Positions 15,440 to 28,925 of a stretch of DNA of 64,000 bases are shown here, piece after piece. Source of the DNA: Squalus acanthias. Taxonomy: Eukaryota. The notes under the pieces were generated by a model, which saw only the letters and a program-made list of their open reading frames with translations, did not search any database and was not told the DNA's origin. Made by a program: the position numbers and the translations under genes. Positions within the stretch are counted from its first letter, which is position 1, and every line of letters starts with the position of its first letter. The stretch covers positions 41,478,001 through 41,542,000 of the forward strand of contig CM059438.1 of the NCBI GenBank assembly GCA_030390025.1. The letters are read 5' to 3'.

Positions 15440-16420
15440 CTAGATCAGGGTTTTGAGATTTTTAAGGGAGGAGAGAGAAGTAGAGAGGCAGAGGGGTTTA
15501 GGGATGGAGTTCCAGAGAGTAGGGCTGAGGTGATTGAAAGCTCTTTCACCAATGGTGGGGTGAAAGCGGGGGTGTTGGGGGGATGCACAGAAGGCCAATG
15601 TTGGAATGCTGTCGGATCTGGAAAGGGATGTAATGATGGAGGAAGTTGTGGAGGTAGGGAGGAGTAAGGTTGTGAAGGGATTTGAAGACTAGGATTTTAA
15701 ATTGGATGCTTTGGGAGAGTGGAAACAAGGGTTAAAGGGTGAGCAGGACTTGGTGAGGGATAGAATACAGATTAGCAGGACTTTGAACAAGTTGCTGTTT
15801 CTGGTGGGTGGATAATGGAGAACAAGGAAATAGAGCAAGTCGACTCCAGTGTGACAATGTGGGCAAGGGAAAAGGGACTTCACCTGAGGAAGGGGCAATC
15901 GATAGCTCCGAAAGCTTGTGATTTCAAATAAAACTGTTGGACTATAACTTGGTGTTGTGCGACCTCTCAAGGGAAAAGAAGCCATTGCTGTAGATGCACT
16001 GTCTTTGTCCGGAAGGGTTGCAGCAGAACTACACAAGGGCAGTCTCATGGAGTTGGACAATGGAGGAGAGACGATGGAAGAGGATGGCATGTTTGGCTCT
16101 GTCAAACACGATAGAAAGATCAAGGAGACATAATGCACCATGGTCACAGTTACTGAGGGTGTCATTCATGACTTTGTCCAGGGCCATATCAGTGCTGTGA
16201 AATGGGCAGAAGCCAAATTGGAGGGATTCAAACAAGGGGTTTCAGGAGTTGAGAGGCAACGACATGCTCAAGGACCTTAGGAAAGAGAGATTAGAGATGA
16301 GCCAATTAGCCAAAGCAGATGGGTCAAGGGTGTTTTTTTTTAAGTTGGAGGTGACAGCAGCTTTGAAGGGGAGAGGGACGGTGCCAGAGAAAAGGGAATC
16401 ACTAACAACATCAGCTGTCA
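15440..16420 (-). mobile_element. L2 LINE RT fragments
   Basis: FESLQFGFCPFHSTDMALDKVMND...LLDLSIVFD...HAILFHRL and FKILVFKSLH.L.PPYL are L2 ORF2 motifs. Confidence 0.75.
15875..15967 (+). mobile_element. 93-bp Penelope-like terminal fragment with hammerhead motif, inserted in L2
   Basis: TCAC-CTGAGGA-AGGGGC..GCTCC-GAAA-GCTT-GTGA; 11-bp TSD CAAGGGAAAAG at 15864-15874 and 15968-15978. Confidence 0.7.
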
Positions 16421-18029
16421 TTTCTTGGCCTCAGTGGAAGCTCTATCCCTAAATACCTAAATTCTTTTTCTGTGTTTAAAAGCATTCTTAAAACCCATCT
16501 GTTCGACAAAGATTTTGGTCTCTTCTCCTAAATCCCTCATCATCTATTCATTTTTATTTTTCCCTCTATAAAGCCCCTTAGGACATTTTTCTGCCTTAAA
16601 GATGCTATATAAATGCAAGTTGTTCATAAAAAAAACTCTTGAAACCAATGTACATATAGAAAATATAATTTTAAAGCTTTTTAATAATACCAAATGCAAA
16701 ACTAATTGATGCAAAGCCAACTGATGCAAACTGGTAGCATTTTCCAATATCAAGAAATGGCAAATATGCATAATCCAGCAAGATGCAGATCTGCCATGTG
16801 ATAAGATTTTCATGCAGGAGATTATTGGAGGTGCAACATTGGCTCCTCACATTTTCTTTGATGGAGTTAACACCATTTCTCCATGACTGAAAATAAAAGT
16901 TGAAAATTATCAGTGCTGCTAAACGTTTAGTAATTCATTTTCACCAGAATGTAAACGGTCTTCAAGCTCTACTTTATAATTCCGATTGCCTGGAAGCATG
17001 TTCTCATGACGTTTGAGCAAAAAATATGCACCATATTATGCTAAAATTACAGAGCAATACTGTCCATTATAAATATAGCATTTTCATGGGGTCTGCCTGA
17101 ATAATTGGTACAGCCTTGATAAACGAAATGGCCCATTTGTGTGCTATAACATTCTATGATTCAGACAGTCAGTCAGGTCCACCTGTTAGCATCACATGCC
17201 TGATCCTGCAAATCACATTTTTGTCGCACTTTCAATTTTTTGCAATGATTAATAAACTTTTCTGACAGAGTCAAAAGAATGATATAACTAGAAATTACTG
17301 CTGGAGTTTATAGCAGATGAAGGCTTAATGCATTTGCATGAAATTCCTCTGTTATGGGTTAATGTCTTCATTAAAATAACTAGAAAGAGGAATACCTAGC
17401 TTCATGTGTTTTAAGATTTTAAGAACAGAAAATGCTTGAAATGCACAACAGTTGATCAACATCTAAAAGAGGAAAAGACAGATTAATGTTTTGCTGAGAC
17501 CCTTAATCAAAACTCAGTCCCAGGGTTTTGTTTCAATGATACTGACACATCCTTATCTCTCTTTAAACCACATTAAAAAAAATTTTTTGAATAGTTAAAT
17601 CAGCACACCCTTAATCTGGAATGGAGTCCAGAATAGGGACAGATGCGAGTTTGACAATGAGCCAGTTTTTTCTTGTGAATATCAGATGCACTTCAGATTA
17701 TTGTAGGTGTGTGTTGTAAAAGGGTTCAGTTCGCAAATTAACATTGATGTATCTGGGATTAGATTCACAATGACAGACACTGGATGCTGCAAAGTCGTAT
17801 TGAAATCCCTGCAACTGCTTTTATTTTCATATTTAAAATATCGGTAACCCTTCCAGGAGAGATTATCATTGGTTTGAAAAACTCCAAAATGCCAGTAAAT
17901 TCACAAAATAAAATGTCCAAAATCAACATTTTCTGGGGCGTAGAGTGGAGGTCCTCAGAACCCCCTAGAAAATAAATCCCACACCTTCCATGCTCACTTT
18001 AACCACCGCTGCAAACTGCACTTTGTATA

Positions 18030-18360
18030 CTTTTGTTTCTTTCTCCCCCCCACAACAAATATGATTGAATGTTGGCTGAGTTATCCGGAACCCCACTGGA
18101 AACAGCCTTCCAGTCACAAAAACACCCATCGACCATTACCCTTTGCTTCCTGCCACTGAGCCAATTTTGGATCCAACTTTCCCTTGGATCCCATGGGCTT
18201 TTACTTTTCTGACCAGTCTGCCATGTGGGACCTTGTCAAAATCCTTGCTAAAATCCATGTAGACTACGTCAAACACGCTACCCTCATCGATCCTCCTTGT
18301 TACCTCCTCAAAAAATTCATTCAAGTTAATGAGACATGACCTTCCCTTAACAAATCTATG
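18030..18360 (-). mobile_element. CR1 RT fragment
   Basis: QHRFVKGRSCLINLNEFFEEVT...DVVYMDFSKDFDKVPHGRL. Confidence 0.85.
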
Positions 18361-21129
18361 TTGATGATGGATATCTGGCCTCATCTCACTAAAGTGTTAT
18401 CAGCCCATCTACCAAAAGATTAGCGAAGTGCATGTACAAAGGATGCAATATCTAGTTTGGATCAGAAGAAAGTCCTATTGCTACTCCTCCAGGTTGCATG
18501 ATTGTATAATTAGATATTGAGCAGTATAGGTGAACTCCTGAATGTAAGAGACACTGAGTCTGCTTACGGAAGTGATCAGCACCACTGAACCCAGGAGAAT
18601 GAATATCTAAGGCAGATGCAAAATTTATAACAACAAATGATTGCCAACTGGACTCTTGTTACACTGTAATCAAATAAATACTCAGCACAATGTTCAAAAT
18701 AAGTGCAGGGCATTTATTTTCTCTATTGTGTAGTGTGAATATTGGCAGCTTGAGTTGGCACACTACTGTTACTTAGTGCTTGTGCTTTGTTTCAGATGTA
18801 TGACACCTAACCTATCACTCCTTCTAAGTGATTCTCTTGTGGGAGGAATGTGTTTGCTGGTTGGCTAACAACCTGCTGGTATTCTTATGGCCTTAGACCT
18901 CCTTAGGCTGTGCATTGTAGCCGGTGCAGTCTGCTTTCAGCTACCTCTTCCCACTCTACTGCACCAGTTACTTCTGGGGGAGGGCTAGCCATCCGTCCCA
19001 TAAATTGTGTGCCTCCTCACCCTGAATCCTTGCAGAGCCATCAGTAAAACTATATTTTCTCACTCTAGAACACACCATTCTACAATTTGCATTTATATAG
19101 CACCTTTCACATAGTTAAACATTTTCCACCGTACTTTGGCTCAGTAAATATTTGCCTTTGCTTTGCCAGTTTAAGTGTTCATCTCGGGATGGGCAATAAA
19201 TGCTGGCCTTGCCAGCGACGCCCAGATCCCATAAGCGAATGAAAAAAAAAATCTGCCCCCTAATTGCAGTTCACAACTGAATAAGAGGATTATTGCATCC
19301 CCCTTTCCAGTGGTTGGCCCTGCCACATTTCAGCCAACAGACTGAAAACAGCAAAACTGTGAGTAAAGCAGCAGGTTTTATTCCTCCCAATTACTGAGCC
19401 ATAATTAACCACTGAATAGCACATCAACAGCAATTTCTAGATTGATATGGTCCCATTATAAACTCAGAACCACTGAATCTTACCTTCCCATTTCTTCCCC
19501 TCTGCACAGACTTGCCAACAGCAGAAAGGTGTTATTCTGAATAATCACAGATAAAGTTGAAGGAGATTTAATAGGCCTGAGGTATATAGGCACACAAATT
19601 GTATATAATCTTTGGACTGGTATAATTCCCGACTTTGTAACTGATCTGAGTATACATTGTGACTGAATTATTGGGTGGGTTGCAGTGTTTGTATACTCCT
19701 GTAATTTTGATCGACATTGGCTTTTCCAAGTGAGCATTGCATCTTGTGCTCCCATTGAAATTGCTTATGGTACTATCATGTACACCTGTTAGCTGTTAAT
19801 ATCCATTATTATACCGGTTGTTACTCCATTAATAGAATGTTGAGAAGAAAATCTGTAATATTTATGATAATATATCATGAAATAAAAATACGGAATTATC
19901 TCAAATGACCAATAATTAAAATGTAATCTGATGGGCCAATATAGGTTCTGAAAGTTATTTTGAATACTTTGGTGACAAATGTCTGTGAGGATGTACATTA
20001 TTTCTAAGGTAGAAAATTAGTCCACCTACAGCCATACTCTGCAACCTCATCTTTTATTCTGATGAGGTTCCTGTATTCATGATTTATCTGTCACAATTCT
20101 TTGTTGTATTTTGCAACCTCCTGTTCTACGTCATCGTCCACATTCTCTTGTGCCACAATACTTCCACAGTTGTGGCACTTCACAGAACGAGTGCAAAGCT
20201 GACTATGTGTAAATGCAAAGTCAACAAAGAACACACCTCGCTATCTTGATACCACACTATCTTGAAATATTTGAATTAGCTGTTTTGTTATTCTGGAACT
20301 AAGCATTTATTTTGTGTACTAAGAATGAACTAATTGAACCTAATGTGCAGCTTGGTCATGTTTTATAGAGCTGTGGGACTTGAGTGTGTAAAAACAAGAT
20401 AGAATGAAAGAACAGCCTTCCTGATGCCAAAGTTTCAAAAATTAGCAAATACTGTACAGCTGCCATTCTCAACACATGATGAGGAAGAATATTTTGGAAA
20501 AGGCTATTAACTACAAATTAATTTAATAGCTTGAGCGTTGCCTTTGAGAAATACAGTGAAGCAAGTGCTGTCAGCTGGGAAAGGAAGATCAGTGAAACAG
20601 CTGTGCATTATCTCCATTATGATGTCATTTTCACAGCATAATGATGTCTCTCACTGAAGTTTGTGACATCTCTTTAAAAAAAATTCTCTTCAAAATTTTG
20701 AATCCTAAGAAAACTATTCTTCAAACACTGGCAGGTGGATAAGATATAATTGGTAGTTTTGAAGTTCTGTTAATTTCTTAACTTCTACTTTGTGACATTT
20801 AGTAATAAAATGTAGATTTTTTAAAGCTATTTAGTAGGAAACATCATTTTTTTTTTGCCAAAGTTCTAACTCTCCCAAAGGTGTTAACTCTGAATATGGT
20901 TGGCCCAATGGTTCCCCTCGTTGCCATGCCCAAGTGAGCCTGGACAGCAAGTGTTCAATTCTGGGGAGAGGGCAGATAGAGAAGACTGATCTTAACCTCA
21001 TACAATGCCCTTTCCCTTGGCTCTTCGCAGCACTCTAGGTTCTGAGGTCAAATTCATCAATACAGATCAGAGCAGGAGTCTGTGATCTTAGGAAACACCC
21101 CTAACTCCCTATTTTAGTTACACACACAC

Positions 21130-21745
21130 ACACCACCATCTTGCTGTCCGGCGGAGGCAGGGGTCCCCAATGGAGGGCTCTCGACGCGGGAGTCCTCCCT
21201 TTATCTATTGGGGACTTGGCCTGGAGGGTGTTGCATGGAGCAGTCCGTGCAATAAAGTTTTAAGTAGGTTCACGGACTCCCAGGCCGCCTGCCTTTTCTG
21301 CGGCCTGGAGGAGTCCGTGTTCCATGTTTATATAGAGTGTGAGAGGTTGCAGCCCCTCTTCCGTTATTTGAAGGGGCAGCTCCTCGATTTCTGGCTGCAC
21401 TTCAGTCCCACGCTCCTGATCTTTGGTCACCCGGTGCGGAGGGGAGCGGGCAGGTTGGGGGACCTCCTCGTAGGACTGCTCCTGGGCCTGGCCAAAGTGG
21501 CCATCAACTGGTCCAGGCAGCGGGTGGTCGAGGGGGTCATTCAGCCCGACTGCCTGCCTCTCTTCTGCGGCCACGTTCGCACCCAGGTGGCCCTGGAGAT
21601 GGAGCATGCGGTGTCCGCCGGCACGCTCGAGGCCTTCCGTGATCGGTGGGCACCGCAGGGACTGGAGTGCATCATTACCCCGGACAACCAAATTTTAATT
21701 TAATTTTTTAAGTTACAGTTTTATTTCTTTACAGCATCACCAAAA
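21130..21745 (+). mobile_element. Tx1/L1-clade LINE 3' fragment, copy 1
   Basis: ORF2 C-terminus with zinc-knuckle-like CLFCGLEESVFHVYIEC ending NQILI*, followed by a T-rich 3' UTR. Confidence 0.85.
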
Positions 21746-21757
21746 GAGTACACACAC

Positions 21758-22400
21758 ACACCACCATCTTGCCGTTCGGTGGAGGCGGGGGTCTTCAATG
21801 GAGGGCTCTTGACACGGGAGTCCTCCCTTTATCTATTGGGGACTTGGCCTGGAGGGTGTTGCGTGGAGCAGTCTCGTGCAATAAAGTCTTAAGTAGGTTC
21901 ACGGACTCCCATGCCGCCTGCCTTTTCTGAGGCCTGGAGGAGTCTGTGTTCCACGTGTACGTAGAGTGTGAGAGGTTGCAGCCCCTCTTCCACCATTGGA
22001 AGGGGCTGCTCCTCGATTTCGGGCTGCACTTCAGTCCCACGCTCCTGATCCTTGGTCACCCGGTGTGGAGGGGAGCGGGCAGATCGGGGGACCTCCTCGT
22101 AGGACTGCTCCTGGGCCTGGCCAAAGTGGCCCTCAACTGGTCCAGGCAGCAGGCGGTCGAGGGGGGTCGTTCGGCCCGATTGCCTGCCTCTCTTCCGCGG
22201 CCATGTTCCCGCCCGGGTGGCCCTGGGGATGGAGCACGCGGTGTCCGCCGGCGCGCTCGAGGCCTTCCGCCACCGGTGGGCACCGCAGGGACTGGAGTGC
22301 ATTATCACCCCTGGCCAACCAAATTTTAATTTAATTTGTTAAGTTTTATTTAAAGTTTTATTAGGAACAGATTATTTGTTTCAGCACCCAAAAACCAAAA
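21758..22400 (+). mobile_element. Tx1/L1-clade LINE 3' fragment, copy 2 (tandem with copy 1)
   Basis: Same 5' truncation point (caccaccatcttgc) and collinear sequence, with frameshifts and a stop. Confidence 0.85.
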
Positions 22401-22409
22401 GATTACACA

Positions 22410-22900
22410 CACACGCACGTGATTTCTCAGCTCCGGGTCGGACTATCCGGCGGAACTGTGGAGCCGGCCCGCTGTTCCCCGTACGCTGTGTGGAGGCGGA
22501 CGCGGAAGCGGGGTCAGAGGGCCCTGCGCAGTGCTCTCCGCGCTCGGGCCCAGGTGAGTTCCTCTCAGCCGCCGTTTCCCCCCTGCTCCCTTTTGGTTCG
22601 TGTCGGAAAGACCGGGCGGCCTGAGGTTCCTCGTCTGAAGGGCAGAGTCGGGTTAGTTGGAGGAGCGGCCGGCCGGGCGGTCAAGTCGGGCGGGCGCCGT
22701 TGGCAGCGAGAAGGTCACTCTCGGCGGCCGTGTTTCGGGACATTTCTCCCGCCGCGCTCGCTACGTCGCCTCGGGCGGCGGATAGAAGGAGCCCGGGCCC
22801 GGGCACTGTCTTCAAATCCACCCATCCGGTCGGCGGGCCTGGCCTCTGGCCTGTCCAGTCCAGTTAGGGTAATTGAGCTGGAAGAAGTCGCATCGGTAGG
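22410..22900 (+). promoter_or_regulatory. ATAD1 CpG-island promoter
   Basis: CpG-rich; CACGTG E-box ~22416, ETS-type GCGGAAG 22502-22508, TGCGCA ~22525. Confidence 0.8.
22500..22553 (+). other. ATAD1: ATAD1 non-coding exon 1 (start approximate)
   Basis: Consensus donor CAG|GTGAGT at 22553/22554 inside the CpG island; the next exon has an acceptor upstream of the ATG. Confidence 0.65.
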
Positions 22901-23689
22901 AGTTTAACCTTGAAGAATGTGGAACATGGCCGTGAAGTTTGAATTTGATTTAAATTGTTCCTAATGTTACTGTGTTCAACCAGGGGTGTGTGGGTGGGGG
23001 AAACACCTACGCAAAAAGTGAGGACTTAACTGGCCAAAAACCGAGGAGGGTGTTTAGAGGCAACGGGTTTTTTTTAAACCGGGAAACGACCCTGAGGAGG
23101 TTAGATCTTCGCAATTTAAACTCTCTTGCGGAAACACACACCGAGGATTCAAAGTCTCGAAACCAGCCACTTCAAAATCACAAGTAACCAGCTTATGCAA
23201 TGATCAAGTGAAACCGAAAGTTCAGTGTATGGAGATGTGCTTCATGTTTCCTCAAACGTCAGATTTATAATGAAAAATACCAACTATAATAATTTCACCA
23301 TGACGCAGTATGTTCAGAATGTCTAAAAGTTGCTCTTCTGGATTTGGCCCTCTGTTTCACACAACCCATTCCGAATGATACTGGGCATTCATTGCACTGC
23401 AAGTGTGATGACGTATTCGGGCTATAACTGAAAATGTGATGACTAATTTAATACTTTGTAGGCTACTCCTATTGCTACTAGGAATTGACTAACTCGGTGT
23501 TCAGCAAAGCAGCAGGAAGTGCATTTATTTTCATTAAATAATAGTTTTTGTACTGACTTAATTACATTTAGGTAACACACAATACAAAAAGGTAATTTCT
23601 TAATTTTGAATAGACAGTCAGTTCAGTGAAGTCTATGCGAGAACATACTTTGTCTGCACCTTTCTTTGCAAAAGGTAGCCTGTGTAATA

Positions 23690-24635
23690 GAGTCATAACG
23701 GCACAGAAGGAGGCCATTCGGCCTATCAAGTCCATGCCGGCTCTCTGCAGAGCAATCCAGTCAGTCCCATTCCCCCGCTCTATCCCCGTAGCCCTGCAAG
23801 TTTATTTTCCTCAAGTGCCTATCCAGTCTCCCCTTGAAAACATTGAGTGTCTCCGCTTCCACCACTTCGGTCGGCAGCGAATTCCAGGTCATCACCGCTC
23901 GCTGTGTAAAAAAGTTTTCCCTCACATTCCCCCCTGTATCTCTTGCCCAAAACCTTAAATCTGTGTCCCCTAGTCCTTGGACCATCAATTAGTGGGAACA
24001 GCCTTTCCCCGTCTAGTCTGTCCAAACCCGTCATAATCTTGTACACCTCTATCAAATCACCCCTCAACCTCCTTTGCTCTAATGAACACAAATCCAGCTT
24101 CTCCAACCTGTCCTTGTAGCTAAGATCCCCCATCCCCGGAACCATTCTGGTAAATCTCCTCTGCACACTCTCGAGGGCCTTCACATCCTTCCTAAAGTGT
24201 GGTGACCAGAACTGGACGCAATACTCCAGTTGTGGCCTAACCAGCGCTTTATAAAGGTTCAGCATAACTTCTCTACTTTTGTACTCAATACCTCTATTTA
24301 TGAAGCCCAAGATCCCATATGCTTTGTTAACCATTCTCTCAATATGTCCTGCCACCTTCAGGGACTTATACACATTAACTCCCAGCCCCTCTGTCCCTGC
24401 ACACTCTTTAAAACTGTGCCATTAAGTGTATATTGCCTCTCCCTGTTCCTTCTGCCAAAATGCATCACCTCACACTTCTCTGTATTAAATTCCATCTGCC
24501 ACTTGTCTGCCCATTCTGCTAGCCTTTCTATGTTCTGTTGCAGTCGATTGGTATCATCCTCACTGTTTGCCACACCCCCAAGTTTGGTATTATCGGCAAA
24601 TTTAGAAATTCTACTCTGTATTCCAATATCCAGGT
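23690..24635 (-). mobile_element. CR1 LINE 3' fragment in ATAD1 intron 1
   Basis: ISKFADNTKLGG...WQMEFNTEKCEVMHFG...LYKALVRPQLEYCVQFWSP...RRLRGDLIEVYKI. Confidence 0.92.
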
Positions 24636-25503
24636 CAAAAATACTGGCACCTGACAAAACAGGACAGGGAAATAGAGTAGAAGCAATCACGCCGCGCATG
24701 CATGTCACATCTAATGTCCTGGAAGGAGTTCTTTTCAGAAGCTGGTTCCCTTTTGTTACAAAATCAATACATAATAGCACTGCTGATTCTTTTATGGGTT
24801 TTTAAAATTAAATTTGAGCAGCATTGTTTAAAGTGTAGTTACTGGTTGCGATCAATTTGTAATGAATTGATTCAGGTATTTTTAAGTTAAATCATTGTCT
24901 GGTTTCAAAGGTTTGTACCCATGAGATTGCACGATGTATTGTCATAGTGATGTGGAAGAGGAAAATAGAAAAGTTTTCTATTAAACTATCTAAATATAGA
25001 AACTTTTCTCTTACAATACTTATAATAGGAACTAGTCGAATAGATTATTGCACCCAATTGTAAATTTAGCTGATGTGACAGTACTGTACTACTTTGTTAT
25101 GCTCAAATTAAAAATTTAAAATTATGTACAATAAGCTTTAGAATCACTGGAAAAGCTGGAAAAATGACGTCACCATGTACTGTACATGAAAGTTCGACAA
25201 TTTTAATTTACCATTAAAAAGGAAGTAAAGCACATTTTTGTGTGAAGTTCTACTAAGAGTTAAGACAAAGATACTCTGGTTCCTTTGTGAGGCATAAAAA
25301 GTTTATGCTGGCAGCAAAATAGAGCCAGTGAAGTTAGTATAGTGTCAACTAACATTCCATAAACTTTAATCCTTTACGCAAGTGAAATTGAGCTCAATCT
25401 GCAAAAGGGTATCTCAGTAACCTCTGGGTACTGCAGCCGGGAAACAATATGAGAGTCAACAAATGAAACAACTTTTTTTTTGCCTTTAGGTCTAGCAGTA
25501 AAG

Positions 25504-25677
25504 ATGGTTTTAAAAGAAATCCCAACGGAATCTTTGGCTCGCCCTCTGTCACGCAATGAAATAGTTGGGTTAATTTTTCGTCTGACAATATTTGGTGCAG
25601 TAACGTACTACACTATCAAATGGATGGTAGATGCCATTGATCCTACAAGAAAACAAAAAATGGAAGCACAGAAGCAG
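25504..25677 (+). CDS. ATAD1: ATAD1 coding exon 1 (exon begins 25490); N-terminal TM anchor
   Basis: ttag|GTCTAGCAGTAAAG ATG; MVLKEIPTESLARPLSRNEIVGLIFRLTIFGAVTYYTIKWMVDAIDPTRKQKMEAQKQ|gtcggt. Confidence 0.96.
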
Positions 25678-28469
25678 GTCGGTTTCTTGTTTTATCATTT
25701 AAAACACACACATCAATATGATGGCATTTTGGAATAATTTTAGCCTTTCCTCTGCTCATTCTTTGAGTTGTTTAGAGACTGGAGCATGAGTCACGGTCAG
25801 CTGAGAGATATACTTAAAATATCTTCATAATTGAGATGAACTGGATACTCATCAGTTAGAAATCTTGTATCATTTGTAAATTGCCTACGGTGTTGCTACG
25901 GCCAGTTGATGAATATATTTTAATATATGCAACATAGGAGAGGTTTCAGATCCCCACCTAATGACCAGAAACTGCCACAATAAATTGGATGAGAAGTTGT
26001 TGACGTAGCAATTTAAAATGGTTAACGTTGACGCAGAGTGACCAAAAGCACAATGACAGGACGTATGTGCCCTGTGCAAGATTTTTAATAACAGTACTGT
26101 ATATAGTTTTCCCTATTCATCACTGGTCATGATTTATTTTGTTCATGCCATACTTCGTTTTAATATTTTAACTAATTTAATTTTTTTTCTTACTCATTTT
26201 GGTGGTGACTATCGTAGGTAGAGTGCCCGTGAATAATCTCCATTAAGTTTATCTCTCCTATCTCTCGAGGTGACTAATAGTCATATTGAAAATTCCCCTA
26301 GTGTGGCCATTAAGTAGCTGGAATGATCTCTATTCTAAAACTAGATTGGCCAGCAAGGGCGAAACTTATTCGCTGTGAATTAATTTCTGGCCTTGTGGCA
26401 ACTGTTGGAGATGGCCCCACCCCATTCATGGCATTCGTCATCTTGGATGCAAGTATAATTGAAAGGCACGATGCAGTGTGTGGGTGCATGCTTACCGGTT
26501 CATTGAGCAGTTATGCAGCCAATTGACGTCACTGAATAAAACTCTGGCAAATATGAAGCAAAATTACAGATCCCTTATCTGAAAGTAAAACAGGTTCCTC
26601 GGTATCAACTTACCAAGAGTGCAAGCGAGGAAATTGCTCTTACTGTCTTGAGTTATAAATGCAAGTTGTTGTTGAGAAATGCTTATTCTACGAGTCAAAA
26701 AGAATGTTTGTGTCTGGATATTGTAGAAGTTACAATCATAGCTATACGGAACTACATTTCCAAGGTGTTCTAACCACAATTCCATAGTGTGGTTGCAGTC
26801 AACTCATGACAAGAATGCATGGAGTATCGCTCAGCAACAATACAATATGATAATCCGATATCATTGTGGTTCCCAAATGGGAATGCCAATGCAGTGTCAC
26901 ATCAGGAATATATATATCTATAGGTTTGATCCGTAACTGCTGCATTGGCACCACTCAAGTATCAACTTCAAGAGGAAATGGCTGGGGTGGTGGGTGTTTA
27001 TGTGACCAATATGAAGCAATTCTGTCTTTCTTTCATCTGGTGGCTGCCCCTCTAAATCGGGCACCATGTGTGAGATTTTAAAAAGCTACCTGCACAGCTT
27101 CAACCTGTTTGGTAGCTTATGCAGTGAAGTTTGTTGTTATAGTCTCCCTGGGAACAGACATGAGATGATGTCTCACTCAAGATTTTCAAATGTACAGACT
27201 TGTTGATTGGTTCAGTTATGTATATGACTGGCTGTTTTTTAAAATTTTACAAGCAGTTATGAATTTCTAACAACCCTTAGCAACAGGTCAAGAGCTATAA
27301 AAAGAAATGAATAGACAACAGTCCTGAGGGTTGAATAGAACAAACTGAGATTTTCATAGAGAAGCAGGTAGATATTCGCTAGCTCTAGTAGCTTATCAGT
27401 AGATGAGAAGCAGGGGGAACTGTGTATATTAGTTTGTTTATAGAGATTCAAGTTGGAATTTAGATTTGCGATCTTTTGTTATTTTGCTCATCAAGCCGAT
27501 AGAGTTCCTACTGTATATAAAATGTTATTACATATGCATTTTAAATAAGTGTGCTTAACAGTTTAAAATTAGATTGAGAGCTGATATTTTCTATTACTTA
27601 GCAAGGACTGGAGATATATCTTATGGAGGCGTAACAATAATTCCAGTAGTTTAAAATAAATTGACAGATCCAAATTTTCTGTTCATTGTTCTGGGCACAT
27701 TACTGAACATTTACCAAGAGTAAGGTCAGTGAAGACACTCTGGAAGACATAAGGAGTTGAGACTCATCTATGAAGGTGATCTAAGATTCAAGAGCCAAAA
27801 CATCTGGAGTAAAGAACGGTAGAAAAAAAATGTAACCGCAATTTTCCACACTGCAGAACCTTCAGAGAGTTAATTAATCGTACTGGCCTGATAGTTCAGT
27901 GAGTGAATGCAGTCTCCCATATTGCACCTCGTGGCCCATCTCCATTAGCTGCCAGGATCTCAGTGCTATATCGCATTTACAGTGAACAGTAAGCTGCCGC
28001 TCTTTCCTGATGAGATTATTTGGCATCTTCATAATTTGCTCAACAAGATAACAAAATGAAGCTTGTTCTTTTCGGATTAATCTCTGCTTTGTAGTTTAGT
28101 CTGGAGACTATTCTCATAGACTGTGGATAGGTTAATAATAGAGATAAAAGTGATCTTGCTGTTTTTACTTAAATATGAGTGATTAATTATAGTGATTATT
28201 CAAAGCATTTTGAGTGCTGCTATAGGTGTATTAAAATCTATAGTTGTTGACCCTGTTAAGTTGTTGTGTTTCATGTACAGTACTTGGGTATCATCTAATT
28301 GTTGAGCCCCTTAAATTCAGAATTCATCCTCATTCTTCTCCAGAGATGCAAATTTCAGCTCTCGCTTACTATATTGTGCAATCTGTCCCTATCATTTGGT
28401 ACAGAGTGCAGGATATAGTAAACTAACAAGGTACATGTATATTGGGGGGCAATCAGACTATCGTCAATA

Positions 28470-28925
28470 ATGAAGGAGTGCTGCACTGTCACCGGCCTCT
28501 TTCAGCTGAGATGTTAAACACCTGCTCGGATGGATGTAAACAATACCGTAGCACTGTTTGAAGAAAGAAAAAAAAGACTTGCATTTATATAGTGCCTTTC
28601 ACGACCACCGGATGTTTCAAAGCGCTTTACAGCCAATGAAGTACTTTTGAAGTGGAGTCACTGTTGTAATGTGGGAAGCACAGAGGAGCAGGGGACTTCT
28701 TCTGGTGTCTTGGCCAGCATTTATCCGTCAGCCAACATCACCAAAACCAGATTAAATTGGTCATTTGTCTCATTGTTTGTTGTGGGACCTTGCTGTGTGC
28801 ACATTGATTGCACATTGGTGTACATACCAACGGTGACCAGACTTCAAAGAGTACTCCGTTGTTTGTAAAGTGCTCTGGGATGTCCCGAGGATAGAAAAGG
28901 TCCTGTGTAAATGCAAATTCTTTCT
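28470..28925 (+). mobile_element. Deu-domain SINE with an antisense SINE/L2-tail fragment nested at ~28562-28683
   Basis: gagtgctgcactgtc...gagatgttaaac...gagcagggga..tctggtgtcttggccagcatttatcc Deu core, interrupted by gacttgcatttatatag... Confidence 0.7.

Noticed and set aside
21170-21703. 177-aa ORF as a host gene
   Set aside because: It is the C-terminus of a 5'-truncated Tx1 LINE ORF2, with a frameshifted N-terminus.
23819-24780. RT-like ORFs here and at 62309-62908 as functional retroelements
   Set aside because: 5'-truncated, frameshifted CR1 fragments lacking the endonuclease and most of the RT.
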